Of a stretch of 64,000 bases of DNA, positions 51,882 through 63,220 are shown one piece after another; position 1 is the first letter of the stretch, and every line of letters begins with the position of its first letter. Below the pieces are notes generated by a model, which was given only the letters and a program-made list of their open reading frames with translations, made no database searches and was not told the origin of the DNA. This DNA comes from Amphiscolops sp. MND2022 (lineage: Eukaryota): positions 62,992,001 to 63,056,000 of the forward strand of contig OZ076413.1 of the NCBI GenBank assembly GCA_964187785.1, read 5' to 3'. Made by a program: the position numbers and the translations under genes.

Positions 51882-52459
51882 TTGTCAATGGAATTCCGAC
51901 GTAAATCATCGTCCTTTTATGCCCATTTCGTTTTTTACCCGAACACAAACTCTGAAGACAAAGCAGTGAAGCAATGTCTGTACGTACGGGAAAAATTATG
52001 TGAGATGTTCGCTGCTAGAAATGTCGATTATCTAATGGGGGCACATCTTTTCAGTTGTTACAGACAATGCGGTTTTAATTTTGATGAAGTGCGATGCATT
52101 TGTGATGTGTCACCGCAAATACAAAATGGCAGTCCGCATCTGGACGGTGTTACTATTTGCCGGAGCCAAGGGACGCATCCCTTATCGACAATCATATTCA
52201 TATTTTAGTCCATGTACCAGCAGCAAATACCACAGGGCAACAATGTAAGGTAGGCCACGATGTCTCTGTACAATCAGTCGCAGGAAAGAATCCATCTGCT
52301 AAGCGTTTAAAAGTGGAAGAGACTGCACAAGTTTCTGTTTCTGGAACGTCAATGAGAGAAGCGCAGATTTGCCGAGTGCCACCATTTCACCCTCAACATT
52401 ACCTGTTGACACATTTAGAGACCCTCTTGACCCAGTTGTTACTACAGAGACCAACATGA
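51882..52459 (+). pseudogene. Accessory ORF (one frameshift near 52180) with Cys/His residues and an HUH-like HIHILV motif
   Basis: Frame 51882 (AHFVFYP...GSPHLDGV...HP) joins frame 52157 (DNHIHILVHVP). Confidence 0.4.
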
Positions 52460-52776
52460 ATTGGCATCTTGAAGGAGCTGTTCGCCAATTACAAAAATTT
52501 TTCAGCATCGACATGAAAAACAAAGAATTTGGTAGCTTTTCGGTGCAACAGAGAATTGTATGGTGTCCTTAATCCTTGTGGACCAGCTTTGTTGTTGTTG
52601 CTGACGACGGTTTCACCACAATCGTTGGAAACACCTTCAATTACGCAATGAAAATGGAGCGAAAAAGACAATCGGCAGACTATGCAAACAGCGAGCTTTT
52701 TCCGGAGCGAGCCCCCAAAATGGAGGCCCGTGTTCTTTGGGAACTTCATTGTATCTCTATGCATCAGAGTCTGTAG
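52369..52776 (+). pseudogene. Accessory ORF with one internal stop (52570-52572), unknown function
   Basis: ORFs 52369-52572 and 52576-52776 are in the same frame. Confidence 0.35.
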
Positions 52777-52946
52777 TGGTAATTACGTTGTTCGTAGTGG
52801 TTACTTGTAATAAAATATTCGTCTAATTTTTATTTTTCTTTCAAATCTTTACCTTGCGCAGCGAGTTTTTTCACCATGTTTCCTTGGAAAAGTCGGCTAT
52901 CATTGGTTTTATTTTCACAATCTCGTACTCGATTATTTAGTATTGC

Positions 52947-53726
52947 GTGTTTTTGGAAAAGACCGTTTTGCTCAGTTTCAATACATTGGAGCGGTCAGAC
53001 ATGTTTGCGCTGACTTTGTCAAAACTTGAATTGTTTTTTGAAATTGCCTGCAAACTCCAGAGGCATTGCACAAAAACTAACTATGATATCATGGCTGATT
53101 ATTGCCTCAAAGAGATTGCAGCAAGTTACGAAAGCGATATCGATCACGATGCTATTTGCCGGAAAATTCACCTACAATTCGACAATTCCGTCCCCCGACG
53201 TTTTTATTTCAATCACATTCTGTTTTTAACGGTAATTATCGTGGAAACGAGTACTTGTACATGTCAAGGAGTTTGTGATCAATGTGCTATCAACAAAATT
53301 TTCAAAATGGGTGAATTGTCGCATTGTGCACCTTGGGGCGGTATAATTGGACCTGGAATGACCGTCAGAACGCATTACGTTTTTTCAACTATATCATCAA
53401 TTTTGAAGTTACACGCTGTTTTCCATGATGCTTATGGCCACTTGTATCGGACTCGTCAGAAAGGTCCCGGTTACAACTATATGCTACCACTTCAGTTACT
53501 ACCAAATGTTTTTTGGCTTGGGCATTTTACAGGTTTTCTCTTCTTCTTTTGGTTAAAAATCAGGTATTCCACTCATTTCAGATACTTTTGCGCACTTCCC
53601 AAACAATTGCTCCAGCAATTGACATCCAAAAGCCATGTCCGCTTATGTTCCATTATCAGATTCTTTGCGCATTGCATTGCAGTTCTATCAAAACCTTCCT
53701 ACACAACCCAACAATTAATCGCATAA
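52947..53726 (+). CDS. Phospholipase A2-like protein (parvovirus VP1u / adintovirus PLA2X-like)
   Basis: GGIIGPG Ca-loop-like motif, then HAVFHDAYG (HD dyad) and GPGY, followed by a hydrophobic segment. Confidence 0.6.
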   Translation: MFLEKTVLLSFNTLERSDMFALTLSKLELFFEIACKLQRHCTKTNYDIMADYCLKEIAASYESDIDHDAICRKIHLQFDNSVPRRFYFNHILFLTVIIVETSTCTCQGVCDQCAINKIFKMGELSHCAPWGGIIGPGMTVRTHYVFSTISSILKLHAVFHDAYGHLYRTRQKGPGYNYMLPLQLLPNVFWLGHFTGFLFFFWLKIRYSTHFRYFCALPKQLLQQLTSKSHVRLCSIIRFFAHCIAVLSKPSYTTQQLIA

Positions 53727-53736
53727 CCCTCAACAA

Positions 53737-54672
53737 GTGCTCTATCCCAGAGTGTATCTAGTTAGAGAGCAACCCAGAGGTTTATATGGGCCAGTGCCAT
53801 TGGATTCTGTCGGTCGCACACAGCAATTGGATATGAGCTGGGAAGAGTATTGCAGTTTAGTTCACAGCAAACCTCTTGCAATGAACATTTTGACATTTCG
53901 TGACTACACGAATGGTCAGAATGACAACACGAGAATTCAACGGGGTATCCCAATGTACAGCCGGCCGTCACAAATTCTCCTCTCTCACTTACAAAGCGGA
54001 ATATTCCCCCAGCAGCCCAGTAACACAATGTCAGTCCAAAACCCTGCCTTTACGTCCAATCATGTTGTTAACAATACAGCAAATTACGGTTATTCAGCCC
54101 AAAACACTTTGGTTAGAGAAAGGCCATACATGACTAGGCACTATACATCACAGCATACCAACGGATCCAATCATTTTATGAATATTGCCGGTATCTGGTG
54201 TAACAATACTTGCTGTGTGCCCAGAACTTCTATAATTCCGACATTGAGAAGATACGCCCCGCAGCCGAGCACATCTAGTTCTGATGGGATGACGCAAAAA
54301 GATTTAAATACAATTGACTCCAATTGAGCTGCTAGCACGCTCACTAACAATCCTTCAGTCCAGCCAAACAACTCCTGCAATTCATCAACTATCGCTGGTG
54401 GCCGATCTTCAACATCATCAGATTTGCGCTACCTTTCGCCAGCTAAAATACGTGCTCCTGTCGAGCAGCAGTCAGAGACGGACAGCGGGCAAGGTGACAA
54501 CAATAGCGATGATAACATGGGTGACTCTGACTTTGACAGTGAAGTACCTGAAGACGAATTTCAACTTCCTCCTGATTCAATGACATCCTTTGCTTCGACG
54601 ATTAACAACTTGTCAGAGCCGGTTGTAACCCCAGTAGCTCCCATTACATCGACAACAAGCGTTTTGACATAG
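53737..54672 (+). CDS. Accessory ORF(s) 53737-54327 and 54424-54672 (probably one frameshifted gene), unknown function
   Basis: ORFs in element orientation with an S/T/D-rich tail. Confidence 0.4.
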
Positions 54673-54962
54673 TGTCCTATTCATGTTTTTTTGTGTGTTC
54701 AGAGTTTGCTAGTATTTTTTCATTGTTTTTGTTCAAACCTTATTCTAACTGTATATTTTTGTTTGGTTCCTATCAGTTTGTTTGTAAATTTTTTGTTCTT
54801 TATGTGCACAATAATACTTTGGATAAAGTTTATACTGTGTATAATGTATTTTTTTTGGCTTCTCACTACTTTGTTTCAGTATTGTTTGTCTCAGCTTATA
54901 CTAACGAAGTCACTGTACAGAGATTTTCGATAAAAATGTCTATTTGGTTTTAAGATGCATGG

Positions 54963-55496
54963 TTGCAATACAATTTGTTCACGACGGAACAGACGAGGAC
55001 ACAAATAAAGACGAGATTAGAAAAGAGCGACATCTCGCCTCTTAGTGAACGAAAAGTTGGTAACCATTCCCCTGGGTCATCAGAATTAACCTCTTACAAG
55101 TTGGCGGACCTCCACAGTCAGAGTCAGAGGGTCAAAGCTAGCGATCGACAGTGTGAGTCTTTTTGTGAGTCTATTGGGCAGTCACCGCGTTGCTTACCAT
55201 TTTCTCAAGCTGTATTTTTGACACAACTTGCTGTCATTTTTATTTTGGACGCATTCTGTCTGTTGAAACTTATCACATCCCAAACTGAAGCAAGCACAAA
55301 ACAGAACCGAGAAATAACTGATAATTCGTGTCACGATATATCAATTTATATGAGCATTCTGAGCTCAACGTTAGCCTATCTTATTCCGGCCCCGAGAGTA
55401 CCTGTGAAAATCCAAAGTGAGAAAAGACAACGCACTGTAAAGAAATCATCCAATCAACACTCAAAAAGAACGAAATTAACAGCGCAATGTTTTTAA
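54963..55496 (+). CDS. Small two-transmembrane protein of the type common in Polintons
   Basis: VFLTQLAVIFILDAFCLLKL...C...IYMSILSSTLAYLIPAP: two hydrophobic helices with a terminal P-x-P. Confidence 0.6.
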   Translation: MQYNLFTTEQTRTQIKTRLEKSDISPLSERKVGNHSPGSSELTSYKLADLHSQSQRVKASDRQCESFCESIGQSPRCLPFSQAVFLTQLAVIFILDAFCLLKLITSQTEASTKQNREITDNSCHDISIYMSILSSTLAYLIPAPRVPVKIQSEKRQRTVKKSSNQHSKRTKLTAQCF

Positions 55497-55901
55497 TCAC
55501 CTCAAAAACGTCACGATCAGCAATCAAATGAAGCAAATTTAGGAAAAAATGAGGTTCCTGCTGTTTCAACCACTTCGGTAGCGTTGCCGATTGAACCCGA
55601 CACGCAGATTAAAGGCGTGGATTACCCTGACTATACTTGTTTGCCAGAATCAGATGCAACCAGTCTTCACAAACAGTCGAAAGACGCAATGAATCTTTCC
55701 TGCAGTATAAATTTTGACGTGAAGAGGACTCTGACATTTGGCTCTGCTTCAATTGGCAAGTAAGCCAAACTTTTTTCATTTTTTTCTCACAGTCTTTTTT
55801 CGTCATGGGTCTTGTTTTGTTCTCCATTAGTAGAATGTTACTGGTATCCTCACTGAATTGTGAAGAACGAACTGCTCATTTCATAATTCTTTCCACCTGC
55901 A

Positions 55902-56989
55902 TTGCCTACTTGTTACCCAATGCTGATAATCTCGACAGATCAAATAAATAACGAAATGAATAAAATAATTTCCACAGAAAATCGCAATTTTATGTGTATC
56001 TGTGGCGCATCAGGCTCTGGTAAAACACACCTTTTACTAAACATGCTGACCAGTCGTTCCGACGGTTTTTTTGGCCGAGTTTCGAAAAAGTTATCCTCTT
56101 CTACCGCCATTGGCAAACAATTTATGAACAATTTTATCAAGATGTGCCACGCAAAGTTTTCTTTGAAAACGTGGTTGAAACGGAGAACGAAACCGGCCTT
56201 GCAAAACTCGGTAATCAGAATTACCAAACCACAGGTCATAAGACAAGTCATTCAAGAATAGATACACTGATTTCAAAACTCTTGAATCATCAATCCCAGG
56301 AATGCAAATAACATACAACACTTGGAAATGAAACAGCATTGGCAATTTTTGATGACTCGTGCGAAGAAATTCTTCAGAGCGCAACCTTCGCCAATCTTGC
56401 AACTGCTGGTCGACATAAAGGGGTCAATGTGATTTTTATCAAGCATAACTTGTACCAGCAGGGTAAATATTGTGTTACGGTCGACAAAAATACAACAAAT
56501 TTGATAATTCTCAAATCACCAAGAATAAGTCGGCAGCTCAGGCTACTGGGGTCCGAACTGGAGTTTGCTGATGCTGCGTTCCTTCAAGATGCTTACCAGT
56601 TGGCCACATCCGTGCCACATGGACACCTGCTGATTGATCTCAGCACCAAATGTCATGATGCCCTCAGGTTTAGCACTCGAATCTGCAGGGCTAGCGACGA
56701 CATAACTACGCTGATTAAACAAAACAAACAACGATCAAAAGTGCATTCAACCACCAACATCACGCAGAAGAAAGAGAAACCAGACAGTCGGATCCTCATC
56801 AATCTCAAAAAGGTTCTACCGACTGGGTTTTACGTTCCTAAAAGAGTTTTCAACAATTACGCTCGTGTCTATAAAGATCACACTGTTGGCACACACAATA
56901 TTACTGTAAACAGGACCAAAAACTATCCAATCATTGCCTTTCCAAAGTTGTCTCCCTCTTCTATTCTTTACCGGGAATATGCATTATAA
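55902..56989 (+). pseudogene. A32/FtsK-HerA DNA-packaging ATPase, frameshifted
   Basis: Walker A GASGSGKT, Walker B AIFDD, GRH arginine-finger motif, IFIKHNLY. Confidence 0.9.
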
Positions 56990-57069
56990 AGTCCGAATTA
57001 TCGTTGAGGCTGTGAATTGGGTCACGCCAAATTGAATTATTTTTGGTATTACAAATGGGATCAATTTAG

Positions 57070-57564
57070 ATGGAAGAAATTGTTTTGATTGCCCTATCTC
57101 ATTACCTTGAGCTTACTTCATCGGTCAGCGATATCAACAGTACTACAGCAGATACTTCACGTTTCACGACCCACCAAACACACTATCCAAATGCTCCGAA
57201 CTCTGAGCTTGATGTAACATTTGAAAAACAATCAAACTCCAGTGAAGAGCCGCCCGCCGCTGGAAAAGAATGGCTCCAAGGAATTGTTGAACCTTTACCG
57301 GAATCCAAAACAGAGGACGAATTTGAAAAAGACCTACAAAAGACACAACATGAATTGTCTGTCCGCAGAAAAAGAGTTCAGGGGTTAATAGACCTGATGA
57401 TATCGACCAGAGGAATAAGATTCAAAAAATCCAATGCTACATTCTTTTTCACGAGTAACAATTTGGCTCATGAAACGCCAACGAGTAGCATCAGAATTCT
57501 ACAGTTTCTCCGCGATCTTCAACAGTATCGAAAAAAGGTGCCCAAGAATATTTTCTTGTTTTGA
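57070..57564 (+). CDS. Polinton ORF between ATPase and integrase, unknown function
   Basis: 164-aa ORF with ATG start. Confidence 0.5.
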   Translation: MEEIVLIALSHYLELTSSVSDINSTTADTSRFTTHQTHYPNAPNSELDVTFEKQSNSSEEPPAAGKEWLQGIVEPLPESKTEDEFEKDLQKTQHELSVRRKRVQGLIDLMISTRGIRFKKSNATFFFTSNNLAHETPTSSIRILQFLRDLQQYRKKVPKNIFLF

Positions 57565-57679
57565 ACAGTTTATTACCCCCAACAAAGGCAATTTCATTAA
57601 AACGAGCCAATGATCTTGTAATCAATCGCAATTGTCTCAGCTACATCACTAATCAAAACGTTCATACACAGCGAATGCA

Positions 57680-58712
57680 ATGACTTTCGAACGTAGCAGG
57701 CATCAAAATGTCAAGGAGAGGAAGCTGACTGAGTCAGAATATCGTAAACTCCATGGAATCAAAACCTCCCCAAGTGACCCGGCCGCTTTTGGCAGCGTTA
57801 AAATTTTGGTGAAAGCAAGTGGCTTGCCACTTTCTAACGTCTTGGCTTACCTACAATCGTCGTCAACGTACACAAAGTTCAGGGCAACAAAACGGAAATT
57901 CGCTCGCTTACCTGTTGTATCGCTTGGCATTAACCATATTTGGTCACTGGATGTGGCTTATATGGAGAAATTGGCCAATTTTGATAATGGTAACAAATAC
58001 TTACTTCTTGCAGTGGACACGCTCTCTAGAAAAATTTGGGTGCAACCGATGTTGAACAAAACAGCTGCAGCTGCTAAAGCAGCCTTTGAGAAAATGTTGA
58101 ATTTCGAGACGATGCAGTTCCCCATTAAGCTATGGGTGGATCAAGGCAAAGAGTTCAGGGGTGAATTTTTGAAATTTTGCAACGATAACGACATTGAAGT
58201 TTACAGTACTTTCAGTGAAACAGAAAACTGTATGGCCGAGCGTTACATCAGGACACTGAAGACTATTCTCTACAAGTTTTTCGAAGGACATCGAACTTTC
58301 AAGTACGTTCATCTACTTCCAAAATTTGCTTCTCTTGTAAATAGGCGTTACAACCGCGCCATTGGTATGCCTGCTGCCAATGTTACTGCTAAAGACGTTC
58401 CCAAACTAATTGCTCTCCAATTTGAAAAATCAAAGACTCGTCCGCAGAAACCTCAATTTGAAGTCGGTGATCGAGTACGTATTGCGCAGAAAAACATGCC
58501 ATTCCGGAAAGGCTACAAACAACAGTACACCATTGAAGTTTTTAAAGTTCATCAAGTTTGTAAGACTACAAAAACTGGGCTGGCAACGACTTACAGATTG
58601 ACTGGAAGATATTAAAGGCGAGCCAATTTTGGGAAGATTTTACACCGCCGAGCTCACTCATTTGAACTATCTACAGAATAGGAGCCGGCCGCGTCATCAA
58701 CGTATCCTAAAT
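57680..58712 (+). CDS. int: Retroviral-like (rve) integrase of Polinton type; C-terminus frameshifted near 58610
   Basis: WSLDVAYM (D), YLLLAVDTLSR, WVDQGKEF (D), MAERYIRTLK (E), FEVGDRVRI...FRKGY, GEPILGRFY. Confidence 0.93.
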
Positions 58713-58820
58713 TGAGCTGTAGCTGCTACCCTTTAGCACAGTCTACGACACCACCACTATTTATTTTAATCTACCATCAAGCCTCTATGTTTTTGGTCAA
58801 GTAATGTAACTGGTGGTACC

Positions 58821-59150
58821 ATGAGTGAGTCCTTCACAATCACACTCTCTTCTAATGCTTCCCTTGATGTGTATCAGTCGAACACTCTGGCGTCATTCAG
58901 GACATGCCTCCCGACTTCCATTGAACTTGATGGCCCGTGGGAGGTTGCGATCACCGAAATTGCGTATCCCCGGAAGATTTACAACGTACGCGACTCCTAC
59001 TTTGATTTCTATTGGGATGTAGGTGGAAAGAAGTGAGTCAAAAACTGCAAATTTGAGAGGGGTGTTTACAACGACGTGTAGGAAATCATTGATGAGATGA
59101 TTGTTACCACTGCTGTCTTTGGAGCATTGGCCATTTTTTGAAAACAAATA
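58821..59150 (+). pseudogene. Minor capsid (penton-like) protein, N-terminal part, truncated
   Basis: FTITLSSNAS..Y..NTLASFR..LP..IEL.G.WEVAITEI.YP, the typical Polinton minor-capsid N-terminus. Confidence 0.8.
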
Positions 59151-59239
59151 AAAAAATCCTAATTCATAATTGTATTCTCTTCAGACCAAACTGGTTGCTT
59201 TACTTTTGTGTCCTGCAGAAAAGTCAACCTGGAGGTGTA

Positions 59240-59422
59240 ATGAGCTATTCTATTCTACAACAGGCAGCGCCAGAAGTTATGAACCTTTTGGACGGAAGTA
59301 CAAAGCCAAAAGCAGCCATGAAAACTGCAATTAAAAAAACTATCCGACAACAAATGGGCTCCGGTCACCGGCGTCGTGTTAGTGGCGTCCCTCGGGGAAA
59401 AAAGGTCGCTACCCGAAACTAA
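59240..59422 (+). pseudogene. Small basic virion-core-like protein fragment (...KTAIKKTIRQQMGSGHRRR)
   Basis: K/R-rich ORF between minor and major capsid genes. The 5' part appears deleted. Confidence 0.45.
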
Positions 59423-59670
59423 AAAAGAAATCGAAGCTAAAGAAGAAGAAAAGCAAGCAGCGTCGCCGGAGACCTTTAAAAAGAAGAACAAATCGTCACT
59501 TGATTCTCTTAACGGACGGAAACCAGTCCGTCGATGGAAAACAAAATCAAAAAAAAGAAGCCGGCAAGATTTTTTTGCTTCGATAGTTGATCGCGCCTGA
59601 CCATCTTTTCGTTTGCTACAATAACTGAGATTAAAAACTTTCAACTGTTAATTATACTTCACTTTTCATT

Positions 59671-61005
59671 ATGCCTGATACATTTGTTTACTCCGAGCCA
59701 CCAGTACCTGGCATGCATTCAGGACTGTCATTGTTTGGGACCTCTGAGATCCTTGTCGATTTTCAACGTGGTTATCATGAGGAAATTTTCACTGCAAACA
59801 GTGCGGATGGCCCGGTGTTGGAGTTTGATTTCCAGGGGTCCAAAACCGACATTGGAGGTACAGTAATAGACTTGGTTAATCTTTTCCTGAAATTGGAGGT
59901 CAAAGTGAAATTTGTTGGCAGTGGTGATGATGACGATGTAACTGACAAGAAACCTGTTTTTGTTAACCATTTAATGCATAGTTTATTCCAAAGTAGAGGT
60001 TGCACTTAACGGGACACCAGTGTCGTCAGCAAACAACTTATATCCATACAAAGCGTTGGTTGAGGCAGAACTTTCGCTTAACGCTTCGTGTAAAGAAGGC
60101 TGGCTACGCTGTCAAGGGTACAGTTTCGAAACAAATCCTGGAGACATTAGTGGTGATGAGGCATTCAGCAACAGGAAGAAACCAGGTGAAAATTTGACGT
60201 CAAAGTGGAGTCTTACGGTAGAATTGCCGATAACTTCTTGGCAGACAATCATAAGTTCCCACTTCCTGGTGTCGAGGTCAGAATTCGACTTTATCCCGCA
60301 ACCAACCAATTTGTGTTGGTCCATGAAGGAGGTGCGAAAGACTAAGCAGGTGATTTCTCCTTACAAATTGTAAGCGCCTCTTTGTTGGTTCACAAACTGG
60401 AATTGAAAAATGAGACTTTTCTAACAATCGAGCGAATGTTGTCCAAAAAAGCCGCTCACTACGATTTTCGTGAGATGGTCCCCAAATCCTTCCTAATCTC
60501 CAGCGGCGTCACTATGTATTACAGAGACGACCTCTTCAACCGTGCTCCGTTAAGTCGATTGGTGTTGTTTTTGGTGCCGGAAACTAGCTTCAGTGGTAAT
60601 TTTGAAACAAATCCTTTCCACTTTCAGCAAATGGACCTCGAGACTGTACGAATCAATCGAGCGGGAGCACTTGTAGGGGCCACGCCTTTGCATCTTAATG
60701 ATAATCTCGTTCGTTCGTATTACAACACTCTGAAGGCACTTGCCTTTGAACATGATGGTAACGGTATTACTCTGGACAATTTCAATAATCACTTCTGTCT
60801 GGTTTTTAAATCAACTGCTGATTACCACATCGAGGAAAACACAATTCGTCCTGAACTCACTGGCGCCCGGCTGGGTCTAGAGCTGAAGTGCTCCAATGCA
60901 ACAACAAAACCAATTCGTCTCATTTTGATGGGCGAGAGGAGGTCCATCGTTCTCATTGATCGCAACAGAGAAGTTATCAAAAACTCCAGTATTTACAATG
61001 GTTGA
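59671..61005 (+). pseudogene. Major capsid protein (double jelly-roll, hexon-like), frameshifted
   Basis: SGLSLF...LEF...IDL..LFLKL, NHLMHSLFQS, NNLYPYKA, RLVLFLV...FSGNFETNPFHFQ, FCLVF. Confidence 0.9.
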
Positions 61006-61480
61006 CAACACTCAGTTAACGGACCTAATAAACAAAGACCCAGTACTCAAATTCCGGTTTCGAGGTTGTTATGCCCGAGATACATTTCCTGCCTTGCAAA
61101 AAAATGGATTCATTATTGTGAACACACATCCCTCAACTCAACCTGGTGAACACTGGCTACTCATCGCTTCGAAAATTGACACAGTGTAACTTTACGATAG
61201 TTTCGGGAGAGATTTCCGAGAGTATTTTGCGGACATCTTTGCAAAAGTTGGTCGATCCGTCCGTCCGAGAAATCAAAGTATCTTTCAATACAAGCCATCT
61301 TCGACGCTACTTCAGCCTGCTGATAGTCAATTCTGTGGCATATATTGTATTTATTTGGCACATTTTTATTATAGAACAAAACAGTCACTTACAAGCAAAA
61401 AATTGATTCAAATTTTGAGTTTTCCGTCATATGCCACAGAAGAAGACGTTTTGATATTTTTAGTCCAAATTTCAAGATAG
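60998..61480 (+). pseudogene. Adenain/Ulp1-like cysteine maturation protease with one in-frame stop (61187-61189)
   Basis: IVNT...GEHW, YDSFG, QPADSQFCGIYC. Confidence 0.9.
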
Positions 61481-61753
61481 CGCATGATAATATTCAAGCT
61501 CAGAGTTTGTAAAATTTGACTGTGCAACTTTACTGACATAATTTTTATCAATGTTTTATGTGAAGTATGTAATTTACGTGTTCAGTATGTTCGTTGTTTT
61601 TGTTTCAGTTGCCGAGTAACCTTAGAGCAGCTTTAATGCAGCTGCGAAAGTCGTTAACAGGTTTGGTTGTGACACCAAACCAATTCGAAGGTGCTGATAG
61701 CATTTTACGTTCGATTTCCGCAATGCTCTCTGTGAACTCGCGGACAGGGTCCC

Positions 61754-62361
61754 GTGTTCCCTCCCCCGGCCAATGCGGAATTGAGCTTGCCATCGTTAAA
61801 TTCATTTCTGAACGACCTCTTGTTGCAGTCGCTTCCAGAACAGCACCAGGAAGAGACAGCTACAGAAGCTAGCATATCGTCTCCCGAAGTCACCTCCGAT
61901 GCGGCCCCTGTCCCAAAAAGACCAAAACGTCAATTGACAGAGGCCGAAGTTAACGAGAAACTTTTGCCCGGCTTGCAATCACCGTCATCATCACCTGCGC
62001 TACGAAATGAAATCTTATTTGATCGTTCTGTGGACTTCGGGCAAGTCTGCTGAAATATATTTCAGCTCGAGCGCGAGCAGATTTAGACCAAGTTTTTTAT
62101 ATCGGGGGAATGGTTGTGGAAGTGCTCCAGCACCAACTTGCAACAAAAAATTGCGCTCGCATTGCCAGCGAGCTTCAGAAGTTCGGTGTCTTCCTGGGAA
62201 AGACCAAAGTCGCGGAGGCAAAAAGAATGTACGAGCTCTGTAAAAAGTTCCCGAAACTGAGGCGTGTTCGCACGGGATTCTCGCCGATGGAGCTTACACA
62301 GAGCGTTCGGCATTTCGAGAACATATGTTCATCCGACCCCGACTTCTGGTCTCAGGAGTAG
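61754..62361 (+). pseudogene. Terminal Polinton accessory ORF(s) 61754-62053 and 62110-62361, unknown function
   Basis: Two adjacent protein-like ORFs, probably one frameshifted gene. Confidence 0.35.
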
Positions 62362-62464
62362 CCAACTCCCTGCTCTGCATGCGAACAAATTCCTTTATTT
62401 TTCTACTATCCCCTACTTTATCATCAAATGTTTATTCCCAGCAGCAAACAAAGGTTTGAAGTTT

Positions 62465-62550
62465 TAAAAGTGTTTGTTAAAATTTTATTCAATTTAAGTT
62501 TGGGTTAAAACTGTTCTAAGTACCTAGTTTATTGGCGGCTGTATTCTTCT
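62465..62550 (-). repeat. Right terminal inverted-repeat remnant
   Basis: Reverse complement of 42167-42254. Confidence 0.8.
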
Positions 62551-63220
62551 GAAGTAGGAATTGTCTATGATTTGATTGCAACAATTAAAATTGTAGTGTG
62601 AACCCACAGGATCAATCTCTAGAAGCTAGCTGACGTTTTTGGTATTACAAAACATTACTCTGCTTACATGCGTGCAGAATGTGAAAAGCTACGGCAACTT
62701 CAACTAGGGTCTGCTCACCAGTTGAGTTTCACATTCAATTTCTCTAACAACAGGATTTCATTGATTTTCTAAAAGCCTACTGCAGTTATTTTAGTTGGCT
62801 TAGGCTACATTCACTAACATACATACATTGTTTCCAACGCTATCTAGTAATGCTAATGTTTCCCGCTTGCATTCATGTCTTGATGCTGTTAAAAATACCA
62901 CTGATTGTGCTTTTAGCCCGAGGAAAAACATCAATTCTTCAACACGAAATACCCAGCACGGCCAATTTGGACAAGACACGTCGTAAGTTCATTGTATTTT
63001 CCGGATTTTTCAGCTGTTTTCAACTGTTAAATAAATAGATCTCAGACATATTTTTGTATTGCTCCCAAATGGTGCTTAACTGCCAAAGTCGGTTGCTTAA
63101 CGCCTAATGTTTTCTGATTCGATTGGTTTGCTTAAAAAAATGTAAATATAACGATTTAATGATGATAAAATATTACTACTGGAAAATGTATGTCAGCAAA
63201 ATGGACGACAGAAAAACAAA

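Larger units (their letters stand above)
42167..62550 (+). mobile_element. Polinton/Maverick (adintovirus-like) endogenous element, ~20.4 kb, decayed
   Basis: Inverted repeats at 42167-42254 and 62465-62550 enclose pPolB, ATPase, rve integrase, minor and major capsid, and protease, all on the + strand. Confidence 0.92.

Noticed and set aside
59255-59644. Antisense and shadow ORFs over Polinton and Gypsy genes (this one and many similar)
   Set aside because: They overlap well-supported genes on the other strand and lack motifs.
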